Shown here piece after piece: positions 10,717 to 20,306 of a DNA stretch of 29,970 bases; position 1 is the stretch's first letter; each line of letters begins with the position of its first letter. Where the stretch lies: assembly GCF_006345805.1 (NCBI RefSeq), contig NW_021832669.1, forward strand, positions 1 through 29,970, in the 5' to 3' direction. A program made the translations under genes and the position numbers. The notes under the pieces were generated by a model. That model was not told the DNA's origin. It worked only from the letters and a program-made list of their open reading frames with translations, and made no database searches. The DNA comes from Octopus sinensis (Eukaryota).

Positions 10717-11507
10717 CGAGGGACGTTCAATAAGTAATGCCTCTGACCCACTTGCAGTTGTTTGATCTAGCTGAAATTTTGCATGTGCAATTATTTATAT
10801 CTCTATAGAGTAAGTGGCAAATTACAGCTCTGAATTAATTGTGGTTTCTGATTTACAGGTGTTTGAACCGAGTCAAGTGTGAAATGGAGCCTGTTGAGTG
10901 TCGAGCAGTGATCCGGTTTTTGTATTTGAAAGGACGCACACCACGTGAGACTTTTGATGAAATGAAAGTAACTTATGGTGATGATGCCCCATCATATGAC
11001 CTTGTAAAACGCTGGCATCGTGAATTCAAACATGGTCAGAACTCTGTGGAAACAGCTCCCAGATCTGGTCGCCCCTTCTGCCATTGATGAGGCATCTGTC
11101 CGTCAAGTTGAGGCTGCCATTTTGGAAGATCAACGCATAATTATTCGCCAAATAGCCCATGAGGTCAAGATTAGTACCGGGTCTGTGGAAGCTATCATTC
11201 ATGACCATTTGCATATGCAAAAGGTGTCTGCCAGATAGATTTCCAGGTTGCTCACGCCTTTCCAGAAGCAAGAACGCGTCGAGTGCTCGAGGGTGAATTT
11301 GGAGATGTGCCAAGAAGATGAGTCAAAATTTTTCAAAAGACTGATTACACAGGATGAAACCTGGGTCCATCACGATGATCCAGAGACCAAAGCCCAGTCA
11401 ATGCAGTGGAAGCACCGTGACTCACCCCCTCCAAAGAAGGCAAGGGTACAGCCCTCCGCTGGCAAGGTCATGCTCACAGTCTTCTGGGACCAGGACGGAG
11501 TAGTGAT
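10717..11507 (+). mobile_element. Mariner (DD34D-type) transposon, 3'-truncated, with a defective transposase
   Basis: TA|CGAGGG TIR start; ATG at 10884 (MEPVECRAVIRFLYLKG..., HTH region); PRSGRP then a frameshift; WIPRLL with W changed to TAG at about 11236; LITQDETWVHH (first catalytic D); KVMLTVFWD. Broken off by a SINE tail. Confidence 0.92.
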
Positions 11508-11509
11508 GA

Positions 11510-11600
11510 ATAAGTCCTGGGGTCGATTTCCTCGACTAAAAAGGTGGTGCTCCAGCATGGCCACAGTCAAATGACTGAAACAAGTAAAAGAGTAAGAGTA
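11510..11600 (+). mobile_element. SINE family B 3' fragment
   Basis: AATAAGTCCTGGGGTCGATTTCCTCGACTAAA...AAATGACTGAAACAAGTAAAAGAGTA matches the family B tail. Confidence 0.8.
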
Positions 11601-11900
11601 TATATATGTATGTATCTCTATCTATCTATATAAAGCGCTAACAATGTAAATGAGATGTAAATAAATAAATATAGATATAATCATCCAACATCTGACTACT
11701 TTATTACTCTAGATATGTGTGTGTGTGTGTGTGTGTGTGCATGCATAGTATACACATCACACATTTGATGCATCAAATTCCATAAGGCAAATCATTAATT
11801 CATTTTGATTTCTCTTTATTTCAAAATTTCATAATAAAATAATAGTAAAAAAAAAAAATAAAAAAAATACAATAAACATTATGTGTGTGTGTGTGTGTGT

Positions 11901-12004
11901 GATCATCATCATCATTATCATCATCGTTTAACATCCACGTTCCATGCTGGCATGGGTTGGATGGTTTGACTGTGAATGGCAAGACAGATGGCTGCACCAG
12001 GCTC
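11901..12004 (-). mobile_element. Short 3' end of the RTE LINE family
   Basis: (CAT)n followed by TTTAACATCCACGTTCCATGCTGGCATGGGTTGGATGGTT...GGCTGCACCAGGC, matching 19027-19112. Confidence 0.8.
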
Positions 12005-12240
12005 ATACATATATATATATGTTTGTGTGTGTATATTGACATTTCTGTGATAACGATCCCTATTGATCAATTTTGTTTCCTTTTCCTTTTTTTTATCCCC
12101 CCCCTTTTTTTGTCCTCTTTCTTTCCTTTTACGATCCCATTTAATCAAAAACCAAACCCCCTTTTTTATCCCCAAAAGAAAAGCTCTACCTTGTAATTTG
12201 TCCTGTCTGTGTGCAGCCCTGTGTGGCTAATAAAGAAACA

Positions 12241-12533
12241 GACCGACCAGTCCATCAGATGTTGTTACACATCGCTGGTCACAATGCGTTCGCATTGTTT
12301 TAGCCTTTGAATGACGCCACCCCACTTGCTAAGCGAGCAGGCCAACAGAAGAAAGAGTGGGAGAAAGTTGTGGCGAAAGAGTACAGCAGGGATCACCACC
12401 CCCTGCCGGAGCTTCATGGAGTATTTAGGTGTTTTCACTCAATGAACACTCATAACGCCCAGTCTGGGAATTGAAACCGCGATCCTACGACCGCGAGTCC
12501 GCTGCCCTAACCACTTGGCCATTGTGCTTCCAC
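12241..12533 (-). mobile_element. tRNA-derived SINE family C
   Basis: Minus-strand head GCACAATGGCCAAGTGGTTAGGGCAGCGGACTCGCGGTCGTAGGATCGCGGTTTCAATTCCCAG has A-box and B-box-like motifs, followed by about 230 bp of non-tRNA body. Confidence 0.75.
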
Positions 12534-13095
12534 ACATACATACATATATATATATACATATACATATACATATACATATATATATATATATATTTACATG
12601 CAACATGCAATACTAATTTATATATACATTGCATGGTATAGTTATAGAAACTCACAAACAAAACTCAAAGTTTCTGCATTAATGATATGATGATTGTGGT
12701 ATTTCCTCAGGTATTAGAAACTTGATGACAAAAACAAAACAAAAAAAAAACATCACTGCTGTTAGGAAAGATCCCCATTATACATTCAAGATCCACTGCA
12801 ACCACAAGGGAGCCAGCCACATGAATTCGATATCTAATTTCCCACCAGTAGCTCATCATAGTATTGTGGGAAGCAAATCTCGTGACTTTATTTATTTCTA
12901 TAACTCAAAGTTATCATGGAACATGGCAAGTTGTTCAAAACCCTTTCTTCTTCCCAGAAATCTTTATGAATCCTGTATACTCACTGTATACATTCATTTG
13001 TCGTTGTGTCTGAAAAAACCTTGAACATGAAGATACTCGCACTGAACGAGCGTTGTCATTATTTACTGCACAGTGGTATTTCATGGTAATTGGAT

Positions 13096-13255
13096 TTAAC
13101 CCTTTCGTTACTGTATTTAGTTTGAGATGCTCCATATTTCTTTCAATTATTTTAAATATAACAAAGAATTTAGTAAAATAACTTAATTATCATTAAACTA
13201 GTGTTTAGGAACATAAATTGGGACTAAGGTTGGGTGGAAGATTTTAGTTCAAAAC
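13096..13255. mobile_element. Probable DNA-transposon/MITE fragment beginning TTAA-CCCTTT (piggyBac-like end)
   Basis: TTAA at 13096-13099 followed by CCCTTTCGTTAC. Only one terminus is visible. It resembles a repeat I recall from octopus assemblies, which I have not verified. Confidence 0.4.
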
Positions 13256-13610
13256 GGTGATAGACAGGCTTCTGTGCTTGTCAGGACTGATGATTTTTAC
13301 CCTGTTCCTCTTCAGAAAGATTCTGTCATTAGCTTTCAATTTGGTGTAACTGATAATTCTATTGGCTCATGTTTTGTTATATGTGAGGAATGTAAAGTCT
13401 TTTTCTTAGATTCAATCTTTGTTTCATTCTTTGTGTACAAAGTTAGGAATAAATGAAAGTCAGGTGTATTTTCTGGAATATAAAGTTGCACTACACATTT
13501 TATGTCATAAACTCCATCTTGTGGTATAGTAATATAGGTTCCATTGATCAATTCTATGTCGCCTTCTTGCTGGTTCTCATCTTTCATCCACTGCAAATAA
13601 GTAATTTCCT
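13244..13610 (-). pseudogene. Last exon encoding a TNF-homology-like domain
   Basis: Acceptor TTTCCATTTCAG|. Translates as EEITYLQW...GDIELINGTYITIPQDGVYDIKCVVQL, resembling the THD 'LxW...NG.l.iP.dGvY.i...V' pattern. After a 1-nt frameshift it continues KLKANDRIFLKR...RSLSITVLN*, resembling 'L..GD.i.v' and the final strand. Confidence 0.75.
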
Positions 13611-13676
13611 CTGAAATGGAAATTAATAATAACAACAACAATAAATACATTTTAATTTTTTTCACACAGCAATATA

Positions 13677-14047
13677 GGCGCAGGAGTGGCTGTGTGGTAA
13701 ATAGCTCGCTTACCAACCACATAGTTCCGGGTTCAGTCCCACTGTGTGGCACCTTGGGCAAGTGTCTTCTACTATAGCCTTGGGCCGACCAAAGCCTTGT
13801 GAGTGGATTTGGTAGATGGAAACTGAAAGAAGCCCGTCGTATATATGTATATATATATATGTGTGCATGTATGTTTGTGTCTGTGTTTGTCCCCCCAACA
13901 TCGCTTGACAACCAATGCTTGTGTGTTTACGTCCCCGTAACTTAGCGGTTCAGCAAAAGAGACTGATAGAATAAGTACTAGGCTTACAAAGAATAACTCC
14001 TGGGGGTCAATTTCCTCGACTAAAGGCGGTGCTCCAGCATGGCCGCA
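13677..14047 (+). mobile_element. SINE family B, in intron 4 of the TNF-like pseudogene
   Basis: GGCGCAGGAGTGGCTGTGTGGTAA...CCGGGTTCAGTCCCACTG head, with a body matching 8121-8521. Confidence 0.85.
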
Positions 14048-14330
14048 TGTTGGAGGCTTGCATGCTTGTTTGCTTGCAAAGTACCCTTAAATCTGTAATT
14101 TCAGTTATTTAATGGGCATAATGCAAATTATGAGAAAAAATGTGCAATAAATCTGTATAAATTAACTTACCCAACTCTTTGTAACCCTTTGTGTTTAGGT
14201 AAAAGAACTGAAAATGGTGAACTGAAAATTAAGAAGAGAGAAAGCAGACAGTGAGAAGGATATATTTTAATATAGGTTCAATATCAACAGAAGACTATTC
14301 AAGGAAGAGTACCTCCTGATGTATTTCATA

Positions 14331-14637
14331 CTAGCATTATCGCCCCGCGGTGCTTGGGTTTGTAGGGAAGTAACTATATAAGCATTTTAGAGTTTTTTTC
14401 CCTTATATAAAACCGAGTGAAAAATGGACTAAAAACGGGGAAAAAATGATGGTAAATTTTTTTTTTAAATCGTAGACTCATTGTAGACGCGCACTAATAC
14501 CTAGAAGAGCTCGATATGAATCACAACTATAAGATACCCGCTTTTGGTTTTAAACTGCACTGCAAAATGTGGGAGTAGTTAGGAATCTAAATCGGAGTAG
14601 ACAGACACACACACAACTACAGTTTTATATATAAAGA
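14331..14637 (-). mobile_element. Non-autonomous Helitron (same family as 8532-8932)
   Basis: The minus strand reads A|TCTTTATATATAAAA...CCCAAGCACCGCGGGGCGATAATGCTAG|T. Confidence 0.85.
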
Positions 14638-14784
14638 TATTGAATACTTCAGATTAGCATCTAATAAACAATTATACAACATATTAACTGTTTTACAATC
14701 ATCATTAACCATAATGAAAATGATCTATATGGAGAACAAGTATTAACCATTAATGAAAGAGTGCCAAGACTAAGCATCCATTAA

Positions 14785-15448
14785 GGCGGCGAGGTGGCAG
14801 AAACGTTAGCACACCAGGCGAAATGATTTGTGGTATTTCGTCTGTCGTTACGTTCTGAGTTCAAATTCTGCTGAGGTCGACTTTGCCTTTCATCCTTTCG
14901 GGGTCCATAAATAAAGTACCAATTTCGCACTGGGGTCGATGTAATCAACTTAATACCTTTGTCTGTCTTTTTGTGTTCCCTCTATGTTTAGCCCCTTGTG
15001 GCAGTAAAGAAATAAGAAACATTAGCACGCCGGGCGAAATGCTTTGTGGTATTTCGTCTGTCGTTACGTTCTGAGTTCAAATTCTGCCGAGGTCGACTTT
15101 GCCTTTCATCCATTCGGGGCGATAAATAAAGTACCAATTTCGCACTGGGGTCGAGTAATCGACTTACTAATACCTTTGTCTGTCCTTGTTTGTTCCCTCT
15201 ATGTTTAGCCCCTTGTGGGCCGTAAAGAAATAAGAAATATTAGCACGCCGGGCGAAATGCTTTGTGTTTATTTCGTCTGTCGTTACGTTCTGAGTTCAAA
15301 TTCCACTGAGGTCGACTTGCCTTTCATCCTTTTGGGGTCGATAAATTAAGTACCAGTTTTGCATTGGGGTCGATGTAATTGGCTTAATCTGTTATCTGTC
15401 CTTCTTTGTCTCCTGTATGTTTAGCCCCTTGTGGGTAGTATAGAAATA
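14785..15448 (+). mobile_element. Tandem trimer of SINE family A
   Basis: Full head GGCGGCGAGGTGGCAGAAACGTTAGC at 14785. Units restart at GAAA(C/T)ATTAGCACG at 15016 and 15234, giving periods of 216 and 218. Confidence 0.9.
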
Positions 15449-16550
15449 TATAAGCATCCATATATTTCACACATCGCACAGTAGTTTCGTGAGCCTTAAC
15501 ATGGTCATCTAAAGCCATTGTCCAGTCAAATATTGTGCAGCATCTCTTTCATATATTTAATGATGGTGTATTTTTGCCATTTATTTCTTTAGTAGTATGT
15601 CTGTTTTTTTTCATGTTGAAGGTATTGCTATCTATTTTAAGACTGTAGTGTATTAAGGAGATGTTCAGTGATTTCATTGACATTACAATATGTTACAGTG
15701 TCATGATATTATGAACATGCAAAAAGCAAAATAATGGCAAAATATGTACTTACATTTAGAATCTGGTGTCTGATCTGTTGTCTGATCTGTTGTCTGATCT
15801 GGTACTTTACTTTGTGTCTAGAGTAGAGAGAAAAAGAAAATTAAGATAAGATTGTGTTAGCTGTTGTTTGTATTAATTACATCACATTGCTGTCCTTTTT
15901 AATGATTGTATCAAGACTGACACTGTCTTGTTATAATCTTGGATCAGACTTGATATTTGTACCAATACATTTAATGTTGTAGCTGATGTTGTCATCCTTT
16001 AGCTTCCAGATTAATGTGGAGAAGGTTGTTGCATGTCTCTTCTTGTGGTGTCTGAAGGCTGAAAGATGTTTGTTGTATCTGGATTAAATTTTTTATCTAC
16101 TGATTCAATAGAATACTTGGTCTTAGTAGTAACATCAGAAGAAAGATCCTAAGACAAAAAACTATATAAGATGTTTGTTTATGTTCCCTTGAAAAACGGG
16201 ATCTTTTAAAATTTAAGAACCTCCAATGACTGTAAAAATTACAGAGAAGGGATTTTTTCTTTGTGTCCACCTTTTATAAAATAATCTTAGTGGGGATTAA
16301 ATATAGACCACCTGACACATTATAACTATTCTAGTATGGTTTTGTGTAATTCTGATATCTATAAGACACTGGTTATATTTGCTGTGGAGGTGATTATCTT
16401 CCCTGTGTTTTTTATATATATATATATATATAATATATATAATATATATATAATATCAGTATAGCCCAGCATTGCTCAGGATTAAGTTAGGATTATTAAG
16501 TGATCAAGCGCTTTATTTCAAACCAAAATAAGTGACATCGACATCAAATT

Positions 16551-17450
16551 GTGACATATGACAGTATGTGTGTGTGCTTGCTGACTAGTTTTCTTTTAGT
16601 AATATACTAAATGACTGAAACAAATATATAAATGAAAATAAATACAAGACTTTTGGTACTTAATGGGAAAAAACTTTGGAGGACTCGTACACATTACATA
16701 TATGTACAGAATAGAAGTTTGTGACATATGACTGTATGTGTGTGTGCTTGTTGACTAGTTTTCTTTTAGTAATATACTAAATGACTGAAACAAATATATA
16801 AATGAAAATAAATAAAAGACTATCAGTATTTAATGGGAAAAAAACTGTGGTGGACTTGTACACATTACATATATCTACAGAATAGAAGTTGAAATTTCAA
16901 AAGCAGGTAAAAGAGAAATTGTGTTATATGACTGTATGTGTGTGTGTGCTTGTTGACTAGTTTTCTTTTAGTAATTTATTAATGACTGAAACAAATATAT
17001 AAATGAAAATAAATAAAAGACTATCAGTACTTAATGGGAATAAACTTTTGGTGGACTTGTACACATTACATATAACTACAGAATAGAAGTTGAAATTTCA
17101 AAAGCAGGTAAAAGAGAAATTGTGTTATATGACTGTATGTGTGTGTGTGCTTGTTGACTAGTTTTCTTTTAGTAATATATTAAATGACTGAAACAAATAT
17201 ATAAATGAAAATAAATAAAAGACTATCAGTACTTAATGGGAATAAACTTTTGGTGGACTTGTACACATTACATATAACTACAGAATAGAAGTTGAAATTT
17301 CAAAAGCAGGTAAAAGAGAAATTGTGTTATATGACTGTATGTGTGTGTGTGCTTGTTGACTAGTTTTCTTTTAGTAATATACTAAATGACTGAAACAAAT
17401 ATATAAATGAAAATAAATAAAAGACTATCAGTACTTAATGGGAAAAAACA
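16551..17450. repeat. ~200-bp tandem satellite, about 4.6 units, in intron 1
   Basis: Units start at 16551, 16721, 16921, 17122 and 17324 (170, 200, 201 and 202 bp). The last is cut off by a SINE at 17451. Confidence 0.92.
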
Positions 17451-17792
17451 GTCCCACTGCATGGCATCTTGGGAAAGTGTCTTCTGCTATAGCCCCAGGC
17501 TGACCAATGCCTTGTGAGTAGATTTGGTAGATGGAAACTGAGAGAAGCCTGTCGTATATATGTATATATATATATGTGTGTGTGTGTCTGTCCCCCTAGC
17601 ATTGCTTGTCAACCAATGCTGGTGTGTTTACGTCTCCTGTCACTTAGAGACTGATAGAATAAGTCCTGGACTTACAAAGAATAAGTCCCGGGGTCGATTT
17701 GCTCGACTAAAAAAGGTGGTGCTTCAGCATGGCCGCAGTCAAATGACTGAAACAAGTAAAAGAGTAAAAAAAGAGTAAAAAAAAAGAGAGTA
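17451..17792 (+). mobile_element. 5'-truncated SINE family B
   Basis: Starts at GTCCCACTGCATGGCATCTTGGG and ends with the AAAAGAGTAAAA tail. Confidence 0.85.
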
Positions 17793-17804
17793 AAACAAAT
17801 CCAT

Positions 17805-19027
17805 TTGACTGCAAGTTATGAGGAAACAAAAGTCGTTGGTGGAGTTCTGACCGTTCTGCCTACTCGGCACCTTTGTCGAAAGTAAATAAAAAGAATTTAC
17901 CTGAGTTACTGCTGCAACATGATCACTATACATAATACTATTAGTACACATAATACTATTAGTACTTCCTTTTTTGTTAATGGCATTTTAGTATAGTTCT
18001 AATGTTTTCTTTTTTGATCAGTCCCTTGATCAGCTGCTTCAGTACCTCCACAAGGCATCATTGTAATGTATTTTGAGATTTAATTTAAGTCGGCTTTATA
18101 CAGTTTCAAGGAAGTGAATGAGGCTTCATTGACACACCTTTCTCAGGTACTTTCTTGCTAACTCAACTGCTTCTCTTCTCTCTCTCCCCCCTCTCTGTCT
18201 TCCTCTCCCCTCTTGTCTTTCGCTTTCTATCTCCTCCTCCTGTCACTCATCTTTCTTTCTCCCCTTCTCTATCTCCTCTCTCCCCCTCTCTATCTCTTTC
18301 CCCTCTTGTCTTTCGCTTTCTATCTCCTCCCATTCTCTCTCCCCTTCTCTATCTCCTCTCTCCCCCTCTCTATCTTTTCTCTCCCCTTCTCTATCTTCTC
18401 TCTCCCCCTCTCTATCTTCTCTTTCCTCTCTTGTCTTTCGCTTTCTATCTCCTCCTGTCACTCCTCTCTTTCTTTCTCCCCCTCTCTATCTCCTCTCGCT
18501 CTTTGTCCTTCTCTCTCTTTTTTTCTATTCTTTTCTATCTCTCCTCCAATCACATTTACTTAATTTACCTATATCCAGTTTTTTTTATAATTTTTTTTTT
18601 TTTGCAATTGGCAATAGAAACAGTATCAATACCCTTTCTACTACAGGCACAAGACCTGAAATTTGGTGGGGAGAGGTTTCACAGTGTTTCACTGGTACTC
18701 ATTTTATTGACCCCGAAAGGACGAAAGGCAAAGTCAAGCTCAGTGGAACTCAGAATGTAGCAGACAAAATACCCCAAAGCATCTTGCCTGCCGGGCTAAC
18801 GATTCTGCCAGCTTGCTGCCCTAATAATAATAATAACAACAACAACAATTTAATGATAAATAATAATATCAATTATAATATAATAAACAATAATAATAAT
18901 AATAACAACAACAACAACAACAACATAATAATAACAATGATATAATAATACTAATAACAACAACAAAAAAATATTCAGACAAATACATAACAAAAACACC
19001 AGGACTTACAAACACATATAACATACA
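17805..19027. repeat. Segmental duplication of 4090-5441 (intron 1 start, exon 1, promoter, CT tract, SINE, (AAT)n and R4 stub)
   Basis: Collinear blocks, from GTTATGAGGAAACAAA at about 4101/17815 to CACCAGGACTTACAAACACATATAACATACA ending at 5441/19027. Confidence 0.92.
18095..18100 (-). promoter_or_regulatory. Candidate TATA box of the TNF-like pseudogene
   Basis: TATAAA on the minus strand, 34 nt upstream of the ATG at 18061, and conserved in the paralogue. Confidence 0.4.
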
Positions 19028-19187
19028 TCATCATTTAACGTCCACTTTCCATGCTAGCATGGGTTGGACGGTTCAACTGGGGTCTGGGGAGCCCGAAGGC
19101 TGCACCAGGCCAGTCAGATCTGGCAGAGTTTCTACAGCTGGATGCCCTTCCTAACGCCAACCACTCCAAGAGTGTAGTGGGTGATTT

Positions 19188-20306
19188 TATGTGCCACCGA
19201 CACAGGTGCCAGACGAGGCTGGCGAACGGCCACGCTCGGATGGTGTTTTTTATGTGCCACCGACACAGGTGCCAGACGAGGATGGCAGACGGCCACGCTC
19301 GGATGGTGTTTTTATGTGCCACCGACACAGGTGCCAGATGAGGCTGGCGAACGGCCACGATCGGATGGTGTTTGTTACGTGCCCACAGCAAGGAGGCCAG
19401 TTGATGCGGTACTGGCTACGGCCATGTTCGGATGGTTTTCTTGTGTGCCACCGGCACTGGTACCACAAAGATACAAATTCCATTGATGTTCATCTATTTC
19501 GATTTGTTTTGATTTGATTTGATTTTCACATGCCTCAACAGGTCTTCACAAGTGTCACAAGAAGGAAGGTATGCACAGGTGGACTGACTACGTCCCAGGT
19601 AGGGGCCACGGGTTATGGCCTGACTAGTCTTGCCGGGTCTTCGGATGGTGTTTTTATGTGCCACCGACACAGGTGCCAGATGAGGCTGGCGAACGGCCAC
19701 GATCGGATGGTGTTTGTTACGTGCCCACAGCAAGGAGGCCAGTTGATGCGGTACTGGCTACGGCCACGTTCGGATGGTTTTCTTGTGTGCCACCGGCACT
19801 GGTACCACAAAGATACAAATTCCATTGATGTTCATCTATTTTGTTTGATTTGATTTGATTTTCACTTACCTCACAGGTCTTCACAAGTGTCACAAGAAGG
19901 AAGGTATGCACAGGTGGACTGACTACGTCCCAGGTAGGGGCCACGAGTTATGGCCTGACTAGTCTTGCCGGGTCTTCGGATGGTATTTTTATGTGTCACC
20001 GACACAGGTGCCAGATGAGGCTGGCGAACGGCCACGATCGGATGGTGTTTTTATGTGCCCACAGCACGGAGCCAGTCAATGCGGTACTGGCTACAGCCAC
20101 GTTCGGATGGTTTTCTTGTGTGCCACCGGCACTGGTACCACAAAGATACAAATTCCATTGATGTTCATCTATTTTGATTTGTTTTGATTTTCACTTGCCT
20201 CAACAGGTCTTCACAAGTGTCACAAGAAGGAAGGTATGCACAGGTGGACTGACTACGTCCCTGGTAGGGGCCACGGGTTATGGCCTGACTAGTCTTGCCG
20301 GGTCTT
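19188..20306 (-). repeat. Tandem amplifications of the RTE 3' end: three ~330-342-bp units plus three 62-63-bp units
   Basis: GACTAGTCTTGCCGGGTCTT (the ORF stop region) occurs at 19622, 19957 and 20287. TATGTGCCACCGACACAGG occurs at 19188, 19251 and 19313. Confidence 0.92.

Larger units (their letters stand above)
13244..18061 (-). pseudogene. Five-exon TNF-superfamily ligand-like (type II membrane) pseudogene
   Basis: Exons 18061-17901, 16148-15969, 15817-15754, 14221-14171 and 13610-13244 all have GT..AG boundaries and compatible phases 0,0,1,1. The product has an N-tail, a hydrophobic segment (VLIVLCVLIVLCIVI), an S/T-rich stalk, FHHFQFFYLN, and a THD-like domain. Lesions: TAG at 17999-18001, a 7-nt deletion in exon 1, two TAA in exon 2, and a 1-nt deletion near 13340. 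Confidence 0.75.

Noticed and set aside
12470-12533. tRNA gene (also the heads at 8460-8521, 13677-13740 and 14785-14880)
   Set aside because: The A/B boxes are followed by SINE bodies and tails, and no complete cloverleaf is present.
12935-13095. Minus-strand ORF ending TGFIKI as the displaced end of the TNF domain
   Set aside because: The repaired exon 5 frame already reaches a plausible final strand and stop at 13244, and no convincing in-frame join was found.
13611-13911. N-terminal half of the 191-aa ORF 13336-13911 as coding sequence
   Set aside because: It is read-through of a SINE and intron sequence. A strong acceptor at 13611-13612 defines the real exon start.
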